From: an uncultured virus (IMG/VR IMGVR_UViG_3300048502_000057)
Taxonomy: Duplodnaviria > Heunggongvirae > Uroviricota > Caudoviricetes
IMG/VR virus record: IMGVR_UViG_3300048502_000057
Length of the DNA stretch: 64,000 nt
Reading direction: 5' to 3' (one strand)
The notes under the pieces are model-generated. The model was not told where the DNA came from, did not search any database, and saw only the letters and a program-made list of their open reading frames with translations. Shown piece after piece: positions 17,927 through 27,297 of this stretch. Numbering within the stretch: position 1 is the stretch's first letter; each line of letters opens with the position of its first letter. Both the position numbers and the translations under genes were made by a program.

Positions 17927-18946
17927 ATGACCTTCAAGTTCGTCGGCGATCCGGCCCTTAACCTCAAGAGTTGGTTCGACCCGACGAATACGCCGGCCGG
18001 GTGGGTTGATCCGTCGTTAGTGTCTTCTACCGCGACGACTACCCCGAATGTTTACGCCAAGAGTGTCACCGAGGCCGCGTCTGCGGCTGATACGGTTTTG
18101 GATCTAGCCAAGCTTGCTGTCTCGATAACCGAAGCGGCAAGCGCTGCGGATACGACTACCGATACCGTCAAATTCTCGCGGGCAATCTCCGAAACAGCAT
18201 CAGCCTCCGATGTTGTTTCCGACACGGCTAAATTTCCACGCACAATAACCGAGGCAGCGTCGGCAACCGACACAGTTTCGGATACCGCCAAATTCCCTAG
18301 AACGGTTACTGAGGCGGCGGCGGCATCTGACAGCCTATCGGCGAAGCTCATAGGCGGCGCGGCTGTCACCGAGGCAGCTACCGCATCGGACACAGACACG
18401 GCGCACGAGAAAGAAGTTGTCTCAGTCTCCGAGGCGACAACTAGCCAGGACTTTCCCACGGCGCGCGTCGTAGATGCCTCCGCAATCACCGAGGCGGCCA
18501 CCGCGGTAGATGCCCCGACATCCCATATCAAAATTCTCGGGGCGATATCCGAATCGGTTAATGCGCAAGATCATGCAACGATTGGCAATATTTACGCGGT
18601 AGGGGTTACCGAGGCTGCACATGCGGCTGATTCTGTATCGGGCAGGTACGTCCCCGGCACCGTAGTAGGGGCGCCGGCTGTTGGTCTCTGGCCCGACAAT
18701 ACCCTGATTGATGGGCAAATTGAGTTTCCGCTATTCGAGTTGTCCGGAAGCCTGAGAAGAAGCGGGAAACCGCCGCGCAAACGGGTCAAAACTCAACCGA
18801 TAGCCGCGCAACCGCCGCGCATTCCCTTGACCACTGCCCTAGCCGGCGAAGCGACGATTTTCCAGATTGATGTATCGGGTAGCATCGAATCGGCATTGAT
18901 CGCCGAGGACGAAAAAGAACTTTTGTTGCTCCTACTTGCTGATTGA
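17927..18946 (+). CDS. tandem-repeat structural protein
   Basis: Ten 20-aa repeats of [SAT][VI][TS]EAA[ST]A.D. Confidence 0.7.
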   Translation: MTFKFVGDPALNLKSWFDPTNTPAGWVDPSLVSSTATTTPNVYAKSVTEAASAADTVLDLAKLAVSITEAASAADTTTDTVKFSRAISETASASDVVSDTAKFPRTITEAASATDTVSDTAKFPRTVTEAAAASDSLSAKLIGGAAVTEAATASDTDTAHEKEVVSVSEATTSQDFPTARVVDASAITEAATAVDAPTSHIKILGAISESVNAQDHATIGNIYAVGVTEAAHAADSVSGRYVPGTVVGAPAVGLWPDNTLIDGQIEFPLFELSGSLRRSGKPPRKRVKTQPIAAQPPRIPLTTALAGEATIFQIDVSGSIESALIAEDEKELLLLLLAD

Positions 18947-18975
18947 CATTGCCAGATTTGGGGAGAATAATCCCC
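18943..18975 (+). promoter_or_regulatory. strong promoter with operator over the -10 box
   Basis: TTGACA-N17-AATAAT; GGGGAGAATAATCCCC at 18960-18975. Confidence 0.65.
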
Positions 18976-18998
18976 AACACAGCAAAGGGGAGTCCGAC

Positions 18999-19172
18999 AT
19001 GATCAAAAGCATCTCTTGCGATCGTTGTGACGGTACGGGCCATATGGCCTATTTTGACGCCTGCGATATCCGCGACGATACCGGTAAATGGCCGTTGCGA
19101 ACCTACGGCTGCATCAAGTGCGAGGGCCTCGGCGAGGTCGATGACGAGGAAACCGAGGATTGCGAGGTATGA
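18999..19172 (+). CDS. small CxxCxGxG Zn-finger protein
   Basis: GGGGAG RBS; CDRCDGTG and CIKCEGLG. Confidence 0.6.
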   Translation: MIKSISCDRCDGTGHMAYFDACDIRDDTGKWPLRTYGCIKCEGLGEVDDEETEDCEV

Positions 19173-19344
19173 ACCTGCGAGAAATCAGGATTGCTCTCCG
19201 CGAGCTGCGGGACACCGGCCAGACGCTTCCGGAACAGACGTACCGGAGCAAAATCGATGCGATCATGCGCGACCGAAGATGCGGAAACGGAGTTCGAGGA
19301 TGAAGCCCGTCGCGAAAGTTGCGATCAATCGAGGATGCGCTTCG

Positions 19345-19701
19345 ATGCCCATAAAAATGTCGGGTTACGATTTCAAATCCTTCATAGGGTCGAAAGACCC
19401 TAAATACTGGCCCGAAGGGCTCTATGTCGAAGACGAGCTTTTGCAGGTCAATGGTATAGAGAAAACCTTGGACCTTGTTGGCTCTCCAAATGACGACGAT
19501 ATCGTCGTCATTTTAGGCGGCGCGTTGGCATGGGATGATTTTCAGAAGGATCGCGATAACCCGCCAGGATCATTGGTATCGCTAGCAAAGCGTTGGCTGA
19601 AAGATCAAACTGAAACGCGGGTAGTCATATCGGTTCCGAATGATCGATTGAAAGATCTTCCCGCGATTTTGGCACCAATTAAAGCGAGCATCTGCAAATG
19701 A
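19345..19701 (+). CDS. hypothetical protein
   Basis: 3' part of the 224-aa ORF looks protein-like; ATGA overlap with the next gene. Confidence 0.5.
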   Translation: MPIKMSGYDFKSFIGSKDPKYWPEGLYVEDELLQVNGIEKTLDLVGSPNDDDIVVILGGALAWDDFQKDRDNPPGSLVSLAKRWLKDQTETRVVISVPNDRLKDLPAILAPIKASICK

Positions 19702-19919
19702 CCGGCGAACAAGCCGACTGGCTCCGATCGCATCGGGCCGAAGGATACAGGCCGCTCGGGAATACCCCGGGCGGCGCGCGATGGATCAAGGTTGGCATGC
19801 TGCATGCAGACGGGACATTTGAGCTCCGTCAGGGGCGGGCGCGGCCATCGGTTCGCGTCGGATCATTCGAGGTGGGCGTCCTGGAGATCGGTGCGGCGCG
19901 GGAAATGAGGGGGCCATAA
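19698..19919 (+). CDS. small hypothetical protein (paralog of 22609-22878)
   Basis: GMLHADGTF motif. Confidence 0.6.
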   Translation: MTGEQADWLRSHRAEGYRPLGNTPGGARWIKVGMLHADGTFELRQGRARPSVRVGSFEVGVLEIGAAREMRGP

Positions 19920-19920
19920 A

Positions 19921-20163
19921 ATGAAGCTTTGGAAAATCTATCAGGACGTTAACACCGGCTATGACACTTATGATAGCGCCGTAGTTGTTGCCGCCACTAT
20001 AGAGGAAGCTTGCGCAATTCACCCAGGCGGGACCGAATGGACCGGAGCATTTTATGCCACGTGGGCTTCTGATCCGCAGCAGGTTAACGCAATCTGTATC
20101 GGAGAGGCCGGTGAGGACATGAAAGCCGGAACGATCGTCGTTGCTAGCTTTGTCGGGTGTTGA
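19921..20163 (+). CDS. conserved small phage protein
   Basis: GYDTYDSAVVVA...IHP...IG.A motif; GAGGGG RBS. Confidence 0.65.
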   Translation: MKLWKIYQDVNTGYDTYDSAVVVAATIEEACAIHPGGTEWTGAFYATWASDPQQVNAICIGEAGEDMKAGTIVVASFVGC

Positions 20164-20178
20164 TCCACCGAGGGGAAT

Positions 20179-20655
20179 ATGATGCAGGTTGCGGAAGTCG
20201 GTATTTTGATCGGTTCTACCCTTTTGTGGGCGGCAGTTGGTTCATTCGTTCTCACCGATGGATTGCCCCTCAATCGGCCTAGGAAGGCTATTGTTGTCGG
20301 TTTGCTCGCGCTATGGCTCACCATCATCCTTTGCCTCGCGGCTTTTGCACGCGACCCTGACGGGCGCTACGCGGCTTCCCCGCTCAAACCTTGGTTTGAC
20401 CGTCTATCAAGCAAAAAGGGCCTTTGTTGCTCGGATGCAGACGGCACCGCACTCTCCGATCCAGACTGGAAATCAAACGGCGGTCATTATCAGGTGCGGC
20501 TTGAAAACCGATGGATTGACGTTCCGGAAGATGCGGTAATCACCGAGCCGAACCGAGCCGGCCGCACGATGGTCTGGCCGGTCTATTACCGCGGTATGGA
20601 GGATTCGGACACGCGGATAGAGATCAGGTGTTTCATGCCCGGGAGCATGGGGTAA
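20179..20655 (+). CDS. membrane/exported Cys-containing protein of a Rhizobiales family
   Basis: Hydrophobic N-terminus, then ARDPDGRYA..LKPWF..L.S..GLCCSDADG...IRCFMPG. Confidence 0.65.
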   Translation: MMQVAEVGILIGSTLLWAAVGSFVLTDGLPLNRPRKAIVVGLLALWLTIILCLAAFARDPDGRYAASPLKPWFDRLSSKKGLCCSDADGTALSDPDWKSNGGHYQVRLENRWIDVPEDAVITEPNRAGRTMVWPVYYRGMEDSDTRIEIRCFMPGSMG

Positions 20656-20861
20656 TGCCCGGCAACCGTCCGGTCGTTTCGGATGGTTTAACGGCTCTTT
20701 ACCGACGCATCGGGCTAATTCCCGAAGATACGGAGTTCAACCGGCGAGCGGCGGAGTATGCTAAGGAAACCGCCAATTTGGCTAGAAATCGTGAAAACCA
20801 GCGTAAGAATGCAATGGCGCGAAAGCTTGAACAAATGTTCAAGTCGCTAACAGACGATTAA
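20655..20861 (+). CDS. hypothetical protein
   Basis: TAATG overlap with the upstream gene. Confidence 0.45.
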   Translation: MPGNRPVVSDGLTALYRRIGLIPEDTEFNRRAAEYAKETANLARNRENQRKNAMARKLEQMFKSLTDD

Positions 20862-20863
20862 CG

Positions 20864-21124
20864 ATGAGAGGATTCAAAATGGCATCAATGCCACAAATAC
20901 AAATTATATTTATCAATGGTTGCACGGTACACCGCGCTTGGGACGACGGCAGCAACGAATTGCTAGCCGGATTTCAGTACGAGACGGACGCTATCGAATT
21001 TGCGAAGGCGAAGCTGGCATATGATGCGGGACGCAATTCTCTAAACAGCTACTACGTCGTCCACGAAACCTGCGCCGGCAAGATGACCATCGTCCGGCAC
21101 AAACCGGATACTGTTGAGACATGA
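20864..21124 (+). CDS. hypothetical protein
   Basis: Tightly packed ORF; ATGA overlap. Confidence 0.5.
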   Translation: MRGFKMASMPQIQIIFINGCTVHRAWDDGSNELLAGFQYETDAIEFAKAKLAYDAGRNSLNSYYVVHETCAGKMTIVRHKPDTVET

Positions 21125-21495
21125 CCATTCGAGGGGAATTTGTCGAGACGATAATGGGTGCCCCGCCAGAAGGCTGGACCCTCGGGCACGTCACGGTGCA
21201 ATTACATGGTCCCGATGAAAGGATTCCGGTGGAGGCTTGGAGGCGCGGCACTTTTGCCGTTCATGAGGTCTTGCTTAAAGCCGTTCTGACGCATGCACCT
21301 ACCGGCCTGAAAATCAGCAACTTCGTGACAATGGACGACGCTGTTATGTGTGCAGAGAAAATCGAACCGTTTACCGATTGGTCTGCGATCAAAGATCGTT
21401 TCAAGCCCGGTGAGAGCGGAGGTTTATACGAGCGCGTCCGCGACGTGGTCGATGCTATTGTGTCTAGCAAGCCTTTATCGCTAACTCGGGATTAA
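21121..21495 (+). CDS. hypothetical protein
   Basis: LTHAPTGL motif typical of small phage proteins. Confidence 0.55.
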   Translation: MTIRGEFVETIMGAPPEGWTLGHVTVQLHGPDERIPVEAWRRGTFAVHEVLLKAVLTHAPTGLKISNFVTMDDAVMCAEKIEPFTDWSAIKDRFKPGESGGLYERVRDVVDAIVSSKPLSLTRD

Positions 21496-21505
21496 TGGTA
21501 AAAGC

Positions 21506-22309
21506 ATGAGGCGGAAGCCACCTAAAGCAAAAGTGCTCCGGCCCGTGCATCCAAACGCAGGGATTCGGGCGGCATATCGCAAGAAGCTTTTGGCCCTAGT
21601 TGACGAAATGACGAACAGCTATCGTCATTGGATCGAGATCGAGTATCGGAAAACCCCGCCGACAATCGCGCAGGATGAATTGGCGTCCCGTGCGCTGCAA
21701 AAGACGCTGCGGCTGTTAGCCCGGCGATGGAAGCGCAATTTCGACAAGGCAGCGGACGATCTAGCGACATATTTCGCGACACGGGTTGAAAACCGTTCCC
21801 GCCGAACGCTCATGAACATCTTGAAAGACGGCGGGTGGACGGTAGAGTTCAAGATGACGGCCGGGTTGCGGGACGTCATGTCGGCTTGCGTTGCGGAAAA
21901 CGTATCTCTGATTAAGTCGATCCCGCAGCATTTTCACACCCAGGTTGAAGGGCTTGTAATGCGGTCGGTTGCCGCAGGCCGCGACCTAGCGCCGTTGGTC
22001 AAGGATCTGCAAAAACAGTTCGGGGTGACGCGGCGAAGGGCGGAGTTCATAGCCCTAGATCAGTCTAACAAGGCTACTGCTCAGATTACCCAAGCTAGGT
22101 ATATCGATCTCGGAATCACGCAAGCTATCTGGTTGCATTCCGGGGGCGGGAAAACCAAACGGCCAACACACGTAAAACAATCAGGTAAGCCGTTTGACAT
22201 CAAATCCGGTTGGTACGATCCAGACCCAAGAGTTAAGGCGCACATACAGCCCGGTTATTTGCCGGGTTGTAGATGTGTGTGCAAGCCATTGGTTAAGGGT
22301 TTTACCTAA
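21506..22309 (+). CDS. MuF / phage head morphogenesis protein
   Basis: ENVSLIKSI, RAEFIALDQSNK, WLHS....RPTH, PGYLPGCRC. Confidence 0.9.
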   Translation: MRRKPPKAKVLRPVHPNAGIRAAYRKKLLALVDEMTNSYRHWIEIEYRKTPPTIAQDELASRALQKTLRLLARRWKRNFDKAADDLATYFATRVENRSRRTLMNILKDGGWTVEFKMTAGLRDVMSACVAENVSLIKSIPQHFHTQVEGLVMRSVAAGRDLAPLVKDLQKQFGVTRRRAEFIALDQSNKATAQITQARYIDLGITQAIWLHSGGGKTKRPTHVKQSGKPFDIKSGWYDPDPRVKAHIQPGYLPGCRCVCKPLVKGFT

Positions 22310-22321
22310 AAAAGGGGGATA

Positions 22322-22606
22322 ATGCTCATGATGGAATACGTCTTTGTTGACGATCTCGACAGCTACCGCACGGGGAAAATTCTTGAAACGGTCGGGGAGT
22401 GTTATTTCCTTGTGCAGTTTGACGATATGAGCGGTCTTTCGGCAAATCTTCCTGCGGAAATGATCCATATTTCCGAAATGGTGTCTGTCTTGCCGGACGG
22501 TTCTAGAACCTATGGATTTTTCAAGTCTAGGGACGATATGAATGCTTGGATCTCGTACCTTGACAGTCCGCGCAAACCAAGCGTCGTTAATCTAATCAAG
22601 AAATAG
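22322..22606 (+). CDS. hypothetical protein
   Basis: AGGGGGA RBS; 94 aa. Confidence 0.55.
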   Translation: MLMMEYVFVDDLDSYRTGKILETVGECYFLVQFDDMSGLSANLPAEMIHISEMVSVLPDGSRTYGFFKSRDDMNAWISYLDSPRKPSVVNLIKK

Positions 22607-22608
22607 GA

Positions 22609-22878
22609 GTGGCCCGAATGCCCGATGAAATCGAAAATACCGCCCCGGAAACAATTCCGCCCGTGCCATACGTCGAAACTCCGATCGCTCCGCCGGCAGG
22701 TCCGACGGTCGCTCAGCACGAATGGATGGCAAAGCATCCCCGGCACATCAGGCATACGGGGCACCGCGGCCGGTTCATCGAGCGCGGCACGCTGCATGCC
22801 GATGGGAGTTTTATCCCTGAGAGCCAGCATCCGGTCATGGACGGCCCATCGTGTTTTGGCGTCGGGATTCCGGTTTGA
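22609..22878 (+). CDS. small hypothetical protein (paralog of 19698-19919)
   Basis: GTLHADGSF motif. Confidence 0.55.
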   Translation: MARMPDEIENTAPETIPPVPYVETPIAPPAGPTVAQHEWMAKHPRHIRHTGHRGRFIERGTLHADGSFIPESQHPVMDGPSCFGVGIPV

Positions 22879-23045
22879 TGTTGTGGCGCATCGTAGAATG
22901 GTGGCGGGTTTTGACCGGACGTTCATGCCGGATTTGTAACGCTGATTTACGCAATGTTTCGACTTGCGGCATTTGCGGAAAGGGCAATGACGGCGTACCC
23001 TTTCGCGGGATTGGCGGCAGGCTTGATCCGCCGCGGGTTTGAGTT

Positions 23046-23165
23046 ACCGAATCGCGGGTACGTCCGCTTGGTAAGCGAAGGTATCGGGTCTCAGAAAGGC
23101 ATCCTGCGGTTCGCGATTCGGTTTGGGTGACTGTCATTACCGTACAAGGATGCCAACCTTCGGAA
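23046..23165 (+). ncRNA. candidate pseudoknotted structured RNA
   Basis: Crossing helices ACCGAATCGCG/CGCGATTCGGT versus CGAAGGT/ACCTTCG and GGCATCCT/AGGATGCC. Confidence 0.5.
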
Positions 23166-23172
23166 TATCGGC

Positions 23173-23209
23173 CCGGCCGGGGATCTCACTCCCCGGCCGG
23201 TTCTTTTTT
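23173..23209 (+). terminator. intrinsic terminator
   Basis: CCGGCCGGGGA/TCCCCGGCCGG followed by TTCTTTTTT. Confidence 0.85.
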
Positions 23210-23244
23210 GACGGTTAGGTTAATCGCTGGTATTAGCTGGAACC

Positions 23245-24979
23245 ATGAACCGTCCGCTCCGCGTCGTACCAAGATCGATTCTCGCGATCTCCTAGCCCTC
23301 GACAAGGGCTCGGTTCGGTCATTTGACGGCGACGGCCGGATGCATGTTTCGGTCGCGAACATTTCCAAAGCAGTTGTAAATCCATATCGCGGGGAAGAAA
23401 TTCCCGGCTGGGAAGAACTCGGCTTAGAGCGCGACAAAATCTATCATTTGTTGCGCGATCCGCGAGAGCTAGAAGCTGCGGCTCCTACATTCAACGGTTT
23501 GCAATTGCTAAGGAAACACGTTCCGGTAAGTGCCGAAGATCATCAGATGTGGGATATCGTCGGATGCACCGGTACAGAGGCAAAGTTTGACGGGAAATAT
23601 CTAACAAACAGCCTGCACATTTGGACCCAGGAAGGTATCGATTTTATCGAGTCCGGGGATCAGCGTGAGATTTCTTGCGGTTACCATTACGTTCCGGACA
23701 TGACAGCCGGGAATTTTAATGGTACCAGCTACGACGGCGTTATGAGAAACATAGAGGGCAATCACGTCGCTCTCGTTGAAGAGGGTAGGGCTGGGCCTGA
23801 CGTAGTTGTTGGGGACTCGGCTTTAAAAAAGAGGAAATCGACGATGCGGAAACCGACGCGATTGGAATATGCCGTCCTCAAGATGACGGCTCGCGCAATC
23901 AATCCGCTGTTGGCGACCGACGCCAAAATCAATTACGGGCCGATCCTCAAGGGCCTCAATTCCAAGAATTTCAAGGACCGCAAGCCTAAGATTGTCGATG
24001 GCATTAAGAAAGCCATCGCAGGCAAGACAATCGCTCAGGACGCCTCGATTGAGCATCTGGCCAAGATGCTCGACACCTTTGAGCACGATCAGCCGGCCGA
24101 AAATCCTGGGACGAGTCGGTTTCGGCGCCGCAGCACAAGGCGATGGAAGCCGCGGCGGAGGGCAAGTCGAACCTCGATATTCCCAAATCGGTCGGCAAAG
24201 AGTTTTCCGAGGCCGACAAGGGCAAGAAGTTCGGCGACATGATTCGCGATTGGGCCATGTCGAAGGACTGGTCCAACGGCATGTCGGAGGACGATATCGA
24301 CGCCCTCGACAAAATGCACTGTGACGCCGCGATGCCAGAGGCCGACAAGTCCGCGATGGACAAGGACGACGGCGAGGAAAATACCGAGATCGACGTAGAG
24401 GAAGGCGAGGACTCGGACCTTGAAGAGGAAGAGGCAGAAGACGGCGACCTTGAGGAAGAGGAAGCCGAGGACGAAGATCCCGAACAGGGGGAAACCCGTC
24501 CGATCGTCAAGACTGCCAAGGACAAGGCCGCAAAGGACAAGGCGGCCAAGGACAAAGCGGCGAAAGACAAGGCAGCAAAGGACCGAAAGGGAAGCGCAAT
24601 GGATAAGCGGCCAATCACCGGCGACGACATGAACAAGGCGATTGCCTCCGCTGTTGCCGGCGAGCGCAAGGCGGCCCTTGCGGCAACCGAGGCACGGGCG
24701 TTCGTGCAGCCCTTTGTCGGTCATCTGCCGATTGCGCTCGATAGCGCGGAAAAGATCCTGCGGGCGGCGGCAAAAACGATGCGGATCGAGGATGCGGATA
24801 CCGTGCATCACTCCGCGTTGAAAACCCTGATCTCGCTTGCCGGCAAGAGCGCGGCGATTGCCAACGATCATCAGTCGGTCGGCATCCATCCCGAAATGGC
24901 GATGGACGGCGCCGAAGATTTCGACAGTTCGAGTTTCGATCGGATGTTCCCCGACGCGGGGCGTATTCGACCGATCTGA
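23245..24979 (+). CDS. prohead protease/scaffold (DUF2213-like; frameshifts near 23270 and 24105)
   Basis: [42 protein letters not shown]; acidic scaffold tail. Confidence 0.88.
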
Positions 24980-25033
24980 GATATCCACAGTTATTTGTAA
25001 CGACGAAAACAGGCGCTTATAGGAGCACAATCG

Positions 25034-26008
25034 ATGCCCGGTGGCTTTCAAACTCAGGTCTACAATCAGCCGGCGCAAGGCGTAGCTGGCGACCGCGCAT
25101 CTCAAAACCCGATTGCGACCTTTGACGCTGGCCCTGGCGGGCTCGTAGCGGATGCCAACGGCATCACGATCGGGTATTTCGCCTGGGTATCGCCTCCGAC
25201 CGATCCGGACGGGACGCCGTCATGGGCCACTCAGGTCAATGGCTCGGGCAACGTGGCCGGGTTGGTCTACAATTGGACTCAGGCCCTCAACACAGTTTTC
25301 CTCTCCGACGCGGGCATGGTCATTCCCCAAGGGTTGCCGGTTGCGCTCGCAACGCAGGGCGATTTCTGGGTAGTGAACAACGGATCGACGGAGGCCGTTG
25401 TCGGGCAGAAAGCATTCGCGACGTTTGGCACCGGCGCCGTATCGTTCGCTGCGGCCGGTACGGCAACTCAGGTATCGACGGCAACCGGTTCGTCGATTGC
25501 GGCTTCAACCTTCTCGGTTACCGCATCAATCCAGAACGACATCATGACGGTTACCGCCGTCGGTTCCGGAACGATCGTCAAGGGCGCGACCATTTCGGGT
25601 ACGGGTGTTACCGGTACGCCGCAGATTGCTTCGCAATTGTCGGGCACCGCGGGCGGCATCGGCGTTTACCTGCTCACCGTATCGCAACAGAAGACGATCG
25701 CATCCGAGTCGATCTCCGGCACTTACGGCACCTTTACCGTTGGCACGATGACGGTCGGCACTCAGTTTTCGGTTGGCCAATCGCTTGTCAACACGACGAC
25801 CGGCAACGTTGTCGCTGGCACGATCGTTACTCAGTTGCTCACGGGTACGGGCAACGCCGGTTCAACGTTCGCCGTCAACAACAACACCGTCGTTTCGTCG
25901 CAGTCGATTTCGGCGCTTGGAGCGATCGAAACCAAGTTTTATGCGACAAGCTCCGCTCAGGTCGGCGGCCTCGTCAAAATCTCGTCTTGGACCGGCACCT
26001 TCGGCTAG
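25034..26008 (+). CDS. capsid decoration/cement protein with two inserted modules
   Basis: GFQTQV..QPA.GVAGD.AS.NP, GDFWV, ETKFY; located between protease and MCP. Confidence 0.8.
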   Translation: MPGGFQTQVYNQPAQGVAGDRASQNPIATFDAGPGGLVADANGITIGYFAWVSPPTDPDGTPSWATQVNGSGNVAGLVYNWTQALNTVFLSDAGMVIPQGLPVALATQGDFWVVNNGSTEAVVGQKAFATFGTGAVSFAAAGTATQVSTATGSSIAASTFSVTASIQNDIMTVTAVGSGTIVKGATISGTGVTGTPQIASQLSGTAGGIGVYLLTVSQQKTIASESISGTYGTFTVGTMTVGTQFSVGQSLVNTTTGNVVAGTIVTQLLTGTGNAGSTFAVNNNTVVSSQSISALGAIETKFYATSSAQVGGLVKISSWTGTFG

Positions 26009-26061
26009 TATCGTCATCGTTTAGTTAGCGGCACTCAAAGGGCATATTGGAGCTTACGGAA

Positions 26062-27206
26062 ATGGAACCATTTCGAGTTAAGAGCGTCGAAGAGGGCCGC
26101 AGCCTGTTCAAGTCGCACAAGGGCATGCTGGCGGCTCGCGGCGTGCATTTGCCCTATCAGATGCAACGGTATCTGACGGATCGGGAGAAACAGACAGGCA
26201 TCCTGGCGATGGACGCCGTCAACCCGCCGATCGCCGCGTTTGGCGCATTGCCCGGGCCGCTGTCATCCGATCCGAACGCCGCGTTGCCGTGGATGCTGAC
26301 TTCGGCGATCGACCCGGAAATCATCCGAGCGATTTTCTCGCCTCTCGATTTCGCCGAGATCCTTGGCGAGCGGAAAGCCGGCGACTGGACGGAGCAAACG
26401 CGGTTCTTCCCGCTCGTTGAAGCGACCGGTGAAGTTTCGAGCTACGACGACTTCGTGAACAACGGCCGAGCCGGGGCAAACTTCAACTATCCGCAGTTGC
26501 AGTCCTACCTCTTCCAGACGATCCTCAACTACGGCGAATTGCAGATTGCACGCGCCGGCCTCGCGAAGATCAATTGGGTTTCCGAACTCGGCATGGCGGC
26601 GGCCGATCTTCTCAATCGGTTCCAAAACCTGTCCTACGCGTTCGGGGTTGCCGGGCTGCAAAACTACGGGATCATGAACAACCCGTATATTTCAGCGGCT
26701 CTGACACCGGCGACGAAGGCATGGGGCGGAACCGGTTGGTTCAACGGCGGCGCTCCGGCAGCAACGGCGAACGAGGTCTACAACGACATCGTCGCGATGG
26801 TTACTCAGCTTGTTGCGCAGACGAACGGCGCCATCAACATCAAGTCGCCGATGACTCTCGCGCTTTCGCCCAATTCGGAAATCGCGCTCACCTTCGCCAA
26901 TTCGTTCGCGGTCTATGTCGAGGCCCTTTTGAAAAAGGGCTACCCGAACCTCAAGGTGAAAACTGCGCCGCAGTACGGCACTCAGACCACGACCAATCCG
27001 CAGGGCTATTCGGCGGCCGGCAACGTCATTCAGTTGATTCCGGACAAGGTCCAAAATCAGACGGTCGCGTATTGCGCCTACAACGAAAACTTCGGTCGCA
27101 CAAAATCATTCCGGATCTTTCGTCGTGGAAGCAGAAGGAAACATCTGGAACCTGGGGCACGATTTTGCGTATGCCGGTCGCCGTCGTCACCATGATCGGC
27201 GTTTGA
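26062..27206 (+). CDS. major capsid protein (DUF2184-like; frameshift at an A-run ~27088)
   Basis: GERKAGDWT, EATGEVSSY.D, QSYLFQT..YGELQ, GLQNYG..NNP, WKQK.TSGTWG. Confidence 0.92.
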
Positions 27207-27242
27207 TCTCTCGCACCGTTACCCGGTGATTATTATATCTTG

Positions 27243-27276
27243 ATGCCCGGGCTAGTCCCGGGCATTGTTGTTTTGA
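27243..27276 (+). terminator. terminator-like hairpin after MCP
   Basis: ATGCCCGGG/CCCGGGCAT followed by TGTTGTTTT. Confidence 0.6.
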
Positions 27277-27297
27277 ACATCAACCCAAGAGGAAAAT

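Noticed and set aside
23127..23244. ORF-track N-terminal extension of the protease gene
   Set aside because: It runs through the structured RNA and terminator; ATG 23245 plus a nearby indel is a more plausible start
24513..24583. 15-bp tandem repeat as CRISPR or VNTR
   Set aside because: It is a coding repeat (AAKDK x5) in the scaffold with synonymous variation and no spacers
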